The position numbers and the translations under genes are program-made. A stretch of 49,523 nt of DNA from a virus (Duplodnaviria; Caudoviricetes), in IMG/VR virus record IMGVR_UViG_3300017780_003812, positions 1 through 49,523 of that record; one strand, given 5' to 3'. Below are positions 16,496 through 27,300 of the stretch, piece by piece. The notes below the pieces were generated by a model. It did no database searches. It was not told the origin of the DNA and saw only the letters and a program-made list of their open reading frames with translations. Each line of letters begins with the position of its first letter. The stretch's first letter is position 1.

Positions 16496-18927
16496 AAAAC
16501 GTAACAATAGATATTACATCGTCAGCCTTTCCAAGTCAGTTAGCTACTGATGCGGAAAAAGCATCCGAACAATTTGGGCTACAAGTTGGTCAAGCTATTC
16601 AATATGAATGGTTCAGAAAGGATGGAAATAATTGCAGATATTATGGTCAATGGAAAGAATTTCATAGGCTGAGATTATATGCAAGAGGAGAACAACCTGT
16701 TGGTAAGTATAAAAATGAGTTATCTATTAATGGAGACTTATCGTACTTGAACTTAGATTGGACTCCTGTTCCTATAATACCTAAGTTTGTTGATATTATA
16801 GTTAATGGTATGGCTGATAGGTTATTTAAACCAAAAGCTTATGCTCAAGATGCAATGTCTCAGTCAAAAAGAAGCAGGTATCAAGATATGATGGAGACTC
16901 AGATGGCAGGGAAAGAGATACTTACTAAAATACAAGATTTATCAGGAGTTGACCCATTTATGATGAATCCTGATGAATTACCAAATGATGATGAAGAATT
17001 ATCATTATATATGCAGATGAACTACAAGCCTGCAATAGAAATAGCAGAAGAGACAGCTATCAATACTGTTTTCGATGAAAATCATTATGATGATTTAAGA
17101 AGAAGACTTGATTATGATGCTACTGTGCTTGGTATTTCTATAGCAAAACACGAGTTTCTTCAAGGCTCAGGAGTTCAAATATCTTATGTTGACCCGGCAA
17201 ATGTAGTGTATAGCTACACGGAAGACCCGTACTTTAAAGATTGTTTTTATTGGGGAGAAATCAAAACTCTTCCAATTAGTGAGTTAATGAAAATTGACCA
17301 AAAGCTAACCAAAGAAGATTTACAAGAAATAACGCAATATAGCCAAGGATGGTATGATTACTATAATGTAGCTCAGTTTTATGAAAATAGTGTATTTTCA
17401 AGAGATACCTGCACATTAATGTATTTCAATTATAAAACTACTAAGAAAGTAGTTTATAAAAAGAAAATGCTTGAAAATGGCGGCTCAAGAATAATTCAAA
17501 AAGATGACACTTTTAATCCTCCTACGGATATGATGGAAGAAGGCAACTTTGAGAAAATAGAAAAAACAATTGATGTTTGGTATGAAGGTATTATGGTTAT
17601 GGGTACTAATATTCTTTTACAATGGAAGTTATCTGAGAATATGGTAAGACCAAAATCAGCATCTCAACACGCTATACCTAATTATGTATCTTGTGCACCA
17701 AGAATGTACAAAGGAGCTATTGAATCTACAGTTCGTAGAATGATACCTTTTGCTGACCTTATACAAATAACTCACTTAAAACTTCAACAAGTAATTAATA
17801 GATTAGTTCCTGATGGAGTTTTTATTGATGCCGATGGTCTTAATGAGGTTGATTTAGGTAATGGTGCAGCATACAATCCTGAAGATGCATTAAGATTATA
17901 CTTCCAAACAGGTTCTGTTGTAGGTAGAAGTTTTACGCAAGATGGAGATTTTAATAATGCTAAAGTTCCAATTACTCAATTAACATCAGGTTCAGGCTCA
18001 GGAAAAACACAGATGCTTATTGGAAACTATAATCATTATATGGATATGATTAGAACAGTAACCGGGTTGAATGAGGCGAGAGATGGCTCTATGCCTGACC
18101 CGGATTCATTAGTTGGGTTACAAAAGTTAGCTGCACTAAACTCAAATACGGCTACAAGACATATTCTTCAAGGAGGTCTTTATATTTATAAGACTTTATC
18201 AGAGGCTATTACTTATAGAATAGCAGATATTTTAGAATACTCTGACTTTAAGGATGATTTTATAAACAAAATTGGAAAGTACAATGTTTCTATTTTAGGA
18301 GACATATCAGAACTTTATATTTATGATTTCGGAATATTTATTGAAGTAGCTCCTGATGAAGAACAAAAAGCTCAACTTGAAGCTAATGTTCAAATGGCAT
18401 TATCTAAAGGAGACATTAATCTTGAAGATGCTATTGACATACGTGAGATTAAAAATATTAAACTTGCCAATCAATTATTGAAGCAAAAAAGAAAACGAAA
18501 AGAAGATAGAGAAGAAAAGATGAAAATGCAGCAGCAAGCAATGCAGGCTCAACAGCAAATGCAGTCTCAGCAAATGGCAGGACAAATGGCTATGCAGAAG
18601 TCTCAATCAGAATTTGATATGAAAATGCAATTAAAACAAATAGAGACCGAATACAATATTAAGACTATGCAAGTAGAGGCTGAGTTAAAATCTCATTTAA
18701 TGGCTGAAGAGTTTAATTACAATTTAGAGTTAAATAATATGGAAATTGGTAAAATATCTCAAAGAGACCAATTGAAAGAAGATGCTAAAGATAAACGTGT
18801 TAGCCTTCAAAACACTCAACAATCTCAACTTTTAAATCAAAGAAAAAACAATTTACCTCCATTGAATTTTGAGTCAAACGAAGATAGCTTAGATGGCTTT
18901 GATTTAGGAGAATTTGACCCACGTTAA
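16492..18927 (+). CDS. Portal protein
   Basis: Follows terL; 811 aa; 'PIIPKFVDIIVNG'; Q-rich C-terminal coiled-coil barrel. Confidence 0.88.
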   Translation: MKNVTIDITSSAFPSQLATDAEKASEQFGLQVGQAIQYEWFRKDGNNCRYYGQWKEFHRLRLYARGEQPVGKYKNELSINGDLSYLNLDWTPVPIIPKFVDIIVNGMADRLFKPKAYAQDAMSQSKRSRYQDMMETQMAGKEILTKIQDLSGVDPFMMNPDELPNDDEELSLYMQMNYKPAIEIAEETAINTVFDENHYDDLRRRLDYDATVLGISIAKHEFLQGSGVQISYVDPANVVYSYTEDPYFKDCFYWGEIKTLPISELMKIDQKLTKEDLQEITQYSQGWYDYYNVAQFYENSVFSRDTCTLMYFNYKTTKKVVYKKKMLENGGSRIIQKDDTFNPPTDMMEEGNFEKIEKTIDVWYEGIMVMGTNILLQWKLSENMVRPKSASQHAIPNYVSCAPRMYKGAIESTVRRMIPFADLIQITHLKLQQVINRLVPDGVFIDADGLNEVDLGNGAAYNPEDALRLYFQTGSVVGRSFTQDGDFNNAKVPITQLTSGSGSGKTQMLIGNYNHYMDMIRTVTGLNEARDGSMPDPDSLVGLQKLAALNSNTATRHILQGGLYIYKTLSEAITYRIADILEYSDFKDDFINKIGKYNVSILGDISELYIYDFGIFIEVAPDEEQKAQLEANVQMALSKGDINLEDAIDIREIKNIKLANQLLKQKRKRKEDREEKMKMQQQAMQAQQQMQSQQMAGQMAMQKSQSEFDMKMQLKQIETEYNIKTMQVEAELKSHLMAEEFNYNLELNNMEIGKISQRDQLKEDAKDKRVSLQNTQQSQLLNQRKNNLPPLNFESNEDSLDGFDLGEFDPR

Positions 18928-18946
18928 AAATGTCAAATATTTTGTA

Positions 18947-18954
18947 TAGCTTTG
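18947..18954 (+). promoter_or_regulatory. Bacteroidota -7 promoter element
   Basis: TAGCTTTG(TA), intergenic, upstream of scaffold and capsid. Confidence 0.6.
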
Positions 18955-18975
18955 TAAAAAATTAAATCAAATCAA

Positions 18976-20082
18976 ATGGAAATGAAAGTAAGATTATTAG
19001 ATGGTACAGAAGAAAAAGGAGTTGCTCAAGTTGAACAAGAATTAATTGAGAAACACGAACAACAATTTTCTGATGTTAAAATTCCCGGGCAAGAAACTAT
19101 TGTAGTAGATATTCCCGTAGTAGATGTTCCTGTAGTAGATACTGACAATGAATTAAGTGAAGAGCAAGTTCTTTCATATATTGGAAAAAGATATAATAAG
19201 CAGATTAATTCATTAGATGAATTAACAGCTCAAAGGGAAGAAGCCGAGGCTTTACCTGAAGATGTTGCTGCTTATATGAAATATAAAAAAGAAACAGGTA
19301 GAGGTTTTGAGGATTTTTTGAGTCTTAAAAAAGATTTTGACTCAATGGACCCTGAAAGTTTACTTAAAAATTATTTATCAGCAACTCAAGAAGGACTTGA
19401 TGCTGATGACATTGATTCTTTAATGGATGATTATCGTTATGACGAAGATGTTGATGACGAATCACACATTAAAAGAGTTAAGCTTACAACAAAAAAGGCA
19501 ATTGTCGAAGCTAAAAAGTTTTTTAATTCTCAAAAAGAAAAATACCAAGTGCCGCTTGAGTCAAGCACTGCATTTGTTTCAGATGAGGAAAAAGAAAATT
19601 ACGAAAGCTATAAGCAATATACCAAGCAATCGAAGACTATTGAAGAAGAGAATGAAAGAAAAAGAAATTGGTTTAACCAAAAATCTGATGAAGTGTTTAG
19701 CGGAGAGTTCAAAGGTTTTGAGTTCAATGTTAATGACAAAAAAATCACTTTCAATCCCGGAAATGCTGCTGACCTTAAAAGAAACCAATCTACTCCTGCA
19801 AACTTTATTAATAAGTTTTTGGATGAGCAAGGTTTGATTAAGGATGCCGCAGGTTATCATAGGTCATTAGCGGTTGCTATGAATCCTGAGAGCTTTGCCC
19901 GGTTCTTTTATGAACAAGGACAAGCTGATGCAACTGAAGGTACTATGAAAGGTATTAAGAACATTAATATGTCTGAACGTAGAGCACCTGAAGTTACAAA
20001 AACAACGGATGGAATGCAGGTAAAAGCGATAAATCCTGATTCAGGTAGAAGTCTAAAAATTCGCAGTATAAAAAGAGTATAA
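18976..20082 (+). CDS. Putative capsid scaffolding protein
   Basis: Acidic, helical, between portal and major capsid. Confidence 0.65.
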   Translation: MEMKVRLLDGTEEKGVAQVEQELIEKHEQQFSDVKIPGQETIVVDIPVVDVPVVDTDNELSEEQVLSYIGKRYNKQINSLDELTAQREEAEALPEDVAAYMKYKKETGRGFEDFLSLKKDFDSMDPESLLKNYLSATQEGLDADDIDSLMDDYRYDEDVDDESHIKRVKLTTKKAIVEAKKFFNSQKEKYQVPLESSTAFVSDEEKENYESYKQYTKQSKTIEEENERKRNWFNQKSDEVFSGEFKGFEFNVNDKKITFNPGNAADLKRNQSTPANFINKFLDEQGLIKDAAGYHRSLAVAMNPESFARFFYEQGQADATEGTMKGIKNINMSERRAPEVTKTTDGMQVKAINPDSGRSLKIRSIKRV

Positions 20083-20100
20083 ATTTTAAATTAAGAAAAA

Positions 20101-21540
20101 ATGGCAAGTGCATTATTAGCAAATCCTACTTATCAACTACAGCCAAGTGCTGAACAAGTAGCATTACAGACCAACTATATTACCAACTTTAACTTTTTGA
20201 ATCAGTATCTTCCTGATACTTACGAAAAAGAGTTTGAGCGTTATGGTAATAGAACCATCGCATCATTCTTGAGAATGGTAGGTGCAGAGATGCCTTCTAA
20301 CTCTGACCAAATCAAATGGGCAGAACAAGGTCGTCTTCACATTAAATACACCAACATCACTTCTGCGGCAGCAATTAACGCTAACACAGCAACTTTTACT
20401 GTAGCTGATGCAGGTGTTACTTACATCGCAATTAGAGTAAATCAAACTGTGATGATTCAAAACAACACTACAGGTGTTTTTAACAAAGCAGTCGTTACTG
20501 CTGTTCCTTCTGCAACTACTTTTACAGTAGCTTACTATGAGGCTACAGGTCAAGCATTTGCTGTATCTACTCAATGTACTGTATTCATTTACGGTTCAGA
20601 GTTCAAAAAAGGAACTCCCGGAATGGTTGGTTCTTTGGAAGCAGAAGATGAAATCTACTCTAACAAGCCTATTATCTTAAAAGATAAGTATTCTGTTAAC
20701 GGGTCTGATATGGCTCAAATTGGATGGGTTGAAGTTACTACTGAGAATGGTGCTACAGGTTACTTGTGGTATTTGAAATCAGAGCACGAAACTCGTTTGC
20801 GTTTTGAAGATTACATCGAGACTGCAATGATTGAAGCAGTTCCTGCTGAAGTAGGTTCAGGAGCAATCGCTGCATTAGGTCAAGCAGGTGTTGCAAATTC
20901 TGCAGGGTCTCAAGGTATCTTCTACGTTGTAAACAACAGAGGAAACGTATGGGGTGGTGGTACACCAACTTCATTACCTGATTGGGATACAATCGTTTCT
21001 CGTTTGGACAAACAAGGAGCTATTGAAGAAAACGTAATATTCGTTAACCGTGGATTGTCTTTTGACATTGACAATATGTTAGCTACATTGAACGGTTATA
21101 ACGGAGCAGCTGTAGGTCAATCAGCATCATTCGGTTTATTCGACAATGACGTTGATATGGCGTTGAACTTAGGTTTCACAGGATTCCGTAGAGGTTACGA
21201 TTTCTACAAATCTGATTGGAAATACCTAAACGACCCAACTATGAGAGGTGGATTGAACAATGCTGCTGCTACAGCAACAGGTACAATCACAGGTCTTTTA
21301 GTTCCTGCCGGTTCTACTTCAGTGTACGACCAAATTATGGGTAAAAACGCTAAGAGACCTTTCTTACACGTTAGATACCGTGCTTCAGAAGCTGAAGACC
21401 GTAGATACAAAACGTGGATTACAGGTTCTGCCGGTGGTGCTCAAACATCTGACTTAGATGCAATGGAGGTTAACTTCTTGTCTGAAAGATGTGTATGTAC
21501 TTTAGGGGCGAACAACTTCGTATTATTCCGTTTCGGATAA
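20101..21540 (+). CDS. Major capsid protein
   Basis: 479 aa after the scaffold; high-expression codon bias; followed by a strong terminator. Confidence 0.88.
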   Translation: MASALLANPTYQLQPSAEQVALQTNYITNFNFLNQYLPDTYEKEFERYGNRTIASFLRMVGAEMPSNSDQIKWAEQGRLHIKYTNITSAAAINANTATFTVADAGVTYIAIRVNQTVMIQNNTTGVFNKAVVTAVPSATTFTVAYYEATGQAFAVSTQCTVFIYGSEFKKGTPGMVGSLEAEDEIYSNKPIILKDKYSVNGSDMAQIGWVEVTTENGATGYLWYLKSEHETRLRFEDYIETAMIEAVPAEVGSGAIAALGQAGVANSAGSQGIFYVVNNRGNVWGGGTPTSLPDWDTIVSRLDKQGAIEENVIFVNRGLSFDIDNMLATLNGYNGAAVGQSASFGLFDNDVDMALNLGFTGFRRGYDFYKSDWKYLNDPTMRGGLNNAAATATGTITGLLVPAGSTSVYDQIMGKNAKRPFLHVRYRASEAEDRRYKTWITGSAGGAQTSDLDAMEVNFLSERCVCTLGANNFVLFRFG

Positions 21541-21553
21541 TATATACTAAATC

Positions 21554-21584
21554 GGGGAGTGTCTTCAAAGACACTCTCCTTTTT
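21554..21584 (+). terminator. Intrinsic terminator whose stem is copy 4 of the 17-bp palindrome (21558..21574)
   Basis: ggggagtgtctt-ca-aagacactctcc followed by ttttt. Confidence 0.85.
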
Positions 21585-21628
21585 ATATTTTAAAAATTAA
21601 ATTAAATTAAATTAAATCATTATTAAAA

Positions 21629-22372
21629 ATGGCAACAATAGTTTCAGTAAACAAAGTTTACAAATTGACAATAGGGAGTCCACTTTCCTATAGTTTAGCA
21701 TCAAGAAATCATCCAAGATTCCCACTAATGTGGTTTGATGAAAAAAAGAATCAAAACAGAGCTTTAAGATATGCAATGAACCAAAAGTCTCCTTTCGAGG
21801 ATGAGCAAGATGGTAATGTAGTTATTGAGCCTATTATGTTTGAAGATGGCTTTTTAAGCGTTCCAAGAACAAACCCTGTATTACAAGAGTTCTTGCACTA
21901 TCATCCTTTAAACGGAAAAATATTCGTTGAAGTAGATGATGAAAAAGATGCTGCTGACGAGGTTGAAGATTTAGATATTGAAATAGATGCATTAGTTGAG
22001 GCGAGAAAACTTTCGATTGAACAAATTGAAACTCTTACAAGAGTTATGTTTGGCAAAGACCCTTCAACAATTTCAACAGCAGAATTAAAGCGAGACATAT
22101 TAGTGTTTGCTAAAAATGACCCAAGAGGATTTTTATCTACATTGAATGACCCTGAGCTACAGTTTCAAGCTAAGATTCGTTTATTCTTTGAAGAAAAATT
22201 ATTAGCATTACGCAATGGAGAAAAAGAGGTTTGGTTTAATACACCAACTAACAAAAAGAAAATGTTATCAGTTCCATTTGGGGAAGACCCTTATGATATG
22301 GTAGCCGGATTCTTATCAAGCGATGAAGGTATTGATTCGCTTAAAATGTTAGAGGCAAACTTACCTCAATAA
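21629..22372 (+). CDS. Conserved phage protein downstream of the major capsid gene
   Basis: 247-aa ORF with start context (aatta)n. Confidence 0.75.
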   Translation: MATIVSVNKVYKLTIGSPLSYSLASRNHPRFPLMWFDEKKNQNRALRYAMNQKSPFEDEQDGNVVIEPIMFEDGFLSVPRTNPVLQEFLHYHPLNGKIFVEVDDEKDAADEVEDLDIEIDALVEARKLSIEQIETLTRVMFGKDPSTISTAELKRDILVFAKNDPRGFLSTLNDPELQFQAKIRLFFEEKLLALRNGEKEVWFNTPTNKKKMLSVPFGEDPYDMVAGFLSSDEGIDSLKMLEANLPQ

Positions 22373-22398
22373 TAAATACAATACATTATTTGAAAATT

Positions 22399-22427
22399 AG
22401 CACAGAATTATTTCTGTGCTTTTTTTT
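22399..22427 (+). terminator. Intrinsic terminator
   Basis: agcacagaa-ttat-ttctgtgct followed by T7. Confidence 0.85.
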
Positions 22428-22430
22428 ATG

Positions 22431-22438
22431 TATATTTG
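22431..22438 (+). promoter_or_regulatory. Bacteroidota -7 promoter element
   Basis: TATATTTG(TA) right after the terminator, upstream of the tail genes. Confidence 0.6.
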
Positions 22439-22454
22439 TAAAAAGATTTAAAAA

Positions 22455-23390
22455 ATGATAAACGAAGTTAGAAATACAGTGCTATCCGTATTGAATAAGA
22501 ACAATTACGGATATATTTCCCCATCAGATTTTAATTTATTTGCTGAAAATGCACAAATGGAGATATTTGAAGATTACTTCAAAAATTATAATAAGGCTAT
22601 AAATGCTGAAAATGCACGCACAGCCGGAAGTGATTATGCTGAAATCGAAGGTCCTATAGCTGAAACTCTCGAAGGCTTTTTAGTTACAAATTATTTAGCA
22701 CATTTGGGCTTTAATAGATACTCAGCACCATCTCTTACTACAACAGGAGATGATGATTACTATATTCTTAAAATGCTTTGTCATACAAGAAAATTGACAT
22801 CAGGATTAACTACAGCAGCAGGTGCAAATACACTTGTAAATTCTACAGCAACATTTTTATCTGATGGTCTAACAGCAGGCGATGTTGTTGTGAATGCAAA
22901 TACAGGAGCTGTATCTACTATAATAAATGTTGTTTCAAATACTTTGATAGCATTAAGCTCAAATATTTTTACAGCAGCAGGTCAGCTTTATAATATTTAT
23001 TCTAAAGCAGTAAAAGAAGCTGACAAAGTAAGTGTTGGAAAAATAACAATGCTTAACGCATCGAGCTTGACAAGTCCAACTGAATTTTATCCATCATATA
23101 CTCTTGAGGAAGAAACAATTAAGTTATTTCCCGACACTATAGATGCTAAAGGAAAAGTTGAATGTGTTTATTTTAGATACCCTAAAGTTCCAAAATGGAC
23201 TTATATTACCTTAGTAAGTGGGGAGCCGGCATTTGACCAATCACAACCCGACTATCAAGACTTTGAACTTCCTTTTTCAGATAATTATGTATTAGTAATG
23301 AAGATACTTCAATATTGTGGAATTTCAATTCGTGAAACTGAAGTTGCTCAATTTGGAATGGTTCAGGAACAACAAATAAATCAACAATAA
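22455..23390 (+). CDS. Tail tubular / ring (adaptor) protein
   Basis: 'LNKNNYGYISPSDFN..A..AQ', 'Y.RYP..P.W.Y', 'DFELP' as in crAss-like ring proteins. Confidence 0.75.
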   Translation: MINEVRNTVLSVLNKNNYGYISPSDFNLFAENAQMEIFEDYFKNYNKAINAENARTAGSDYAEIEGPIAETLEGFLVTNYLAHLGFNRYSAPSLTTTGDDDYYILKMLCHTRKLTSGLTTAAGANTLVNSTATFLSDGLTAGDVVVNANTGAVSTIINVVSNTLIALSSNIFTAAGQLYNIYSKAVKEADKVSVGKITMLNASSLTSPTEFYPSYTLEEETIKLFPDTIDAKGKVECVYFRYPKVPKWTYITLVSGEPAFDQSQPDYQDFELPFSDNYVLVMKILQYCGISIRETEVAQFGMVQEQQINQQ

Positions 23391-23402
23391 AAATAACGAG
23401 AA

Positions 23403-24326
23403 ATGGCATATATATCACAATATGAATATTATGACAATAATGGTAATACACCTCAAGATGCAAATTGGGGTTCGTATCAGTATATTAGTTTAGATGATGT
23501 AGTCAATAATTTTTTATTGATGTACGCAGGCAACCATTCATTAGTAAATAACGAAGAGAGATATAAAATAATCTTTCACGCAAAACGAGCCATACAAGAG
23601 CTTAATTATGATGCGTTCAAGGAAATCAAGATATTAGAGTTAAGCGTGGCAGATTCGCTAAGATACGTGCTTCCATCGGACTATGTGAATTGGGTTCGTA
23701 TTTCTTTATACAAAGATGGTTGGTTAAGACCATTAACTGAAAATATTCAAGCAATATCTTCTAATGCGTATCTTCAAGACCAACAAGGAAATATATTATT
23801 TGACCAAAATGGAAATATTCTTAGACCACAATATTCTGATATTGACTACGATAGATTGATGGGGTTAAAGAAAAGCATTTACTTAAACCAAGGGAATCAA
23901 TTCCACGGTCAAGCAGGATGGTGTATGGATGGGATGTGGTATTTTGATTATAATGTAGGTACGCCTTTTGGATTAAATACTGAGACTGCAAACTTTAATC
24001 CTACTTTTAAAATTGATAAAAAAGCAGGGGTTATAAATTTTGATTCAAGTATGGCAGGAGAACTTTGTATTCTTGAGTATGTATCAGATGGTATGGAAGG
24101 TGGAGACAACTCTTTAATCACAGTTAATAAGTTATTTGAATCCTATATTTATGCTGCAATTGAATATGAACTATTAAGCTCTAAATTCAATGTTCAGGAA
24201 TACGTTATTAATCGTTGTCGTAAAAAAAGAAAGGCTTTATTAGGGAATGCAAAAATAAGAATTAGTAATATCCATCCGGGAAGACTCTTAATGAACTTAC
24301 GAGGTATGGACAAAGTAATCAAGTAA
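23403..24326 (+). CDS. Tail ring protein
   Basis: 'LPSDYVNWVRIS', 'ILEYVSDG'; position between ring and muzzle genes. Confidence 0.7.
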   Translation: MAYISQYEYYDNNGNTPQDANWGSYQYISLDDVVNNFLLMYAGNHSLVNNEERYKIIFHAKRAIQELNYDAFKEIKILELSVADSLRYVLPSDYVNWVRISLYKDGWLRPLTENIQAISSNAYLQDQQGNILFDQNGNILRPQYSDIDYDRLMGLKKSIYLNQGNQFHGQAGWCMDGMWYFDYNVGTPFGLNTETANFNPTFKIDKKAGVINFDSSMAGELCILEYVSDGMEGGDNSLITVNKLFESYIYAAIEYELLSSKFNVQEYVINRCRKKRKALLGNAKIRISNIHPGRLLMNLRGMDKVIK

Positions 24327-24327
24327 T

Positions 24328-27300
24328 ATGGCAGATGTAACAAGAAATTTTTTAGCAGGAAGAATGAATAAAGTCGTTGACCAACGATTGCTTCCTGATG
24401 GCGAATATATTGATGCTATGAATGTTAGGATGGGTTCAACAGAGATGGCTGAAGTAGGGGTTATTACTAATACAAAAGGTAATTTATTTTTAACCTCATT
24501 AGCCTATATTAACGGAACTCCATTAAGTACTCAGGCGAGAACAATTGGGGCTATACAAGACAGTGCTAATGAAACAATCTATTGGTTCGTTCACGACCCT
24601 GCATTTACTGTTGGAGCTACAGGTAAACTTGATTTAATTGTATCTTTCAATGTACTAACCAATATATTGACCTACCACGTTATTAGTATAAATGATGGTG
24701 GAGGTGTAAATACTACGTTGAATTTTAATCCTACTTATCTTATTACAGGAGTAAATTTAATTGAAAATTTAATATTTTTTACAGATGACTATAATGCTCC
24801 AAGATTTATAAATATAAACCCTCCAACAAATCGATACCCTAACCCAATCGCAAATATTGACCAAGTATCAGCAGAGGCTTTACTTGTTATTAAAAAACCA
24901 CCAACGGAGTCTCCAACTGTAACGCCTGTTATAACAAGTGGTCAAGAAAACTTTTTAGAAACAAGATTTATATGTTTTGCTTATAGATATAAATATGTTG
25001 ATGGAGAATATTCTGCTACATCTCAATGGTCAGAACCTGCATTCGTGCCTCAACCTTTTCAGTTTAGCAGTAACAGTATGCTAAATGAAGGTATGGTAAA
25101 TTCTTGTAATACTGCAATAATTGAATATAATTCAGGAGGACCTCTTGTAGTTGAAGTAGATTTGTTGTTTAAAGAATCAAATAAAAATATAATTAAAGTT
25201 ATTGAAAAACTTAATAAGGCAGAGGATTTAGGGGGTGTGAATAATCAAGTTTTACAATATTCATTTAATAATAGTAAAATATTTACAGTATTAAATGAGG
25301 CTGAAATTTTAAGACTTTACGATAGTGTTCCTCGTTATGCTAAGGCTCAAACAATAATGGGCAATAGATTAATGTATGGTAATTATTTAGAAGGATATGA
25401 TTTAATTGATAAAAATGGTCAGCCTACTAAGTTTGAATACACAACACAATTATTATCTGAAGAGATAGGACAGACCACTCTTATTGACTCTACAGGTAAT
25501 GGTGTTTATAATATAGACCCAACATCAACAGGAGAAGTTATTAATTCTTCTATTATGACATTTGATTTAGCAGGAATAACTTTATCAGAAGGTTCTGCTA
25601 TAACTCTAAATATGACAATAGTACATTCGACTTTTACAGGAGGACTTCCTTTTCCTGTTGAAACAACTGATTTTATAGATTTAGATTTTATATTTACTTT
25701 AACAACAAGCTACCCATCTGTATATGCATTGGCTACAAGCAATGAATTTCAACAAGCTATAGGAACAATAGCTAATATAAAACCTGTGTATAGTTCTAAT
25801 CCTTTAACTGAAACTTCTTGTGATGGTACTACGTTTACTGACCAATTAAACTGTTTATTGCCTAATAATTTAGATGCTCTTATAAAATATGGAAGTGGTA
25901 TAAATGCTATATTACAACCAATAAAAATAATTTCAACTCCTGCAAGTACTATAATTGGATTACAACTTATTGCTATGGAGTATGTTAACTCTGTAACAAC
26001 ACCTACTCAAAGAGTTTACGAATATTATAACTTTACATTTGCAAGAGCTATATTTCAAGAAATATCAAACCCTTCAAGTCTGCATAGCAATAGAGGTTAT
26101 GAAGTTGGTATTGTATATATGGATGAATTTAATCGTTCAACTACAGCTTTAGTAAGTCTTAATAATACAGTATTTGTACCTTGTGGATATTCTGCAAGTA
26201 AAAATACAATTCAAATAACTATACCATTTGAACAAAGAGCACCTTCTTGGGCTAAAAGATATAAGTTTGTAATAAAACCTGATGCAGAAAATTACGAAAC
26301 AATATATGCAAATATATTCTTTACTGACCCTGATTCAAATGATGTTTATTTTCTTCTTGAAGGAGATAATATGCGAAAAGTTGAAGATGGAGATAGGCTA
26401 ATTGTTAAGGCAGATACCTCAGGTCCTACTACAAGTTGTACATACGCTACAGTTCTTGAGAAAAATGCTCAAGCAGCTGATTTTATTATTCCAAAAGAAG
26501 GAACGGAAGCACTTGCGGGTCTTTATATGAAAATGAATCCAAATTCTTTTAACCTTGTAGTTGACCCAAATGCAATTATAAACCCGGGGATGCGTTCTGA
26601 TTTCACAGGTATTACAAATAGAACTAATTGTGCAGTAATACAATATCCTATGAATATTGCAGGCACAGACCCTTCTAATCCTTCTTGGACTTTTGTTGAT
26701 TATACTGTTCCTTCCGGTAGTAGAATAAAAATTTACGCAAAAGGAAATCGTTCAGGAGGTAGCGGTGGTTGTGAATGTAATGGAACTTTATGGGAAGTAA
26801 CTTTTACATCGTCAAGAGATTATGATAATATGTATGATTGGTGGAACGGAGATAACGTATCGGCTGTATTAGATAATCCTAATATTTCACAATGTGGAGG
26901 TGCAACTCTTGTATATCAAACAGGATTAGGACAGCCAAGTTGTTCATTTAATACTCAATATTTTAGATTTAATAGAGATGTTACTACTAACAGACTTTGG
27001 CTTAATTATACTGCCGGATGGGCTTGTTCAGGAGTAGGTGCTGATTATAGAAGATACTTTATAGACCTTGAGGTTACAGTATTTAGAGCTTTAAATACTA
27101 TTATATGGGAAACACAACCTCAAGATTCTTTACCTGATGTTTTTTTTGAAAATAATTTATCATTCGCTATTGATGTCGATGGTAATCACGCAGGTAATGT
27201 TCAGAATCAAAACATTGCAACAGGTACTCCCGCTATAATAGATACAGGTTTTTATAATTGCTATGCTTTTGGAAACGGAGCAGAAAGCTATAAAATACGT

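Noticed and set aside
19427-19837. 136-aa alternative-frame ORF inside the scaffold gene
   Set aside because: M/K/L-rich composition expected from the +1 reading of Asp/Glu-rich codons; no family resemblance or leader
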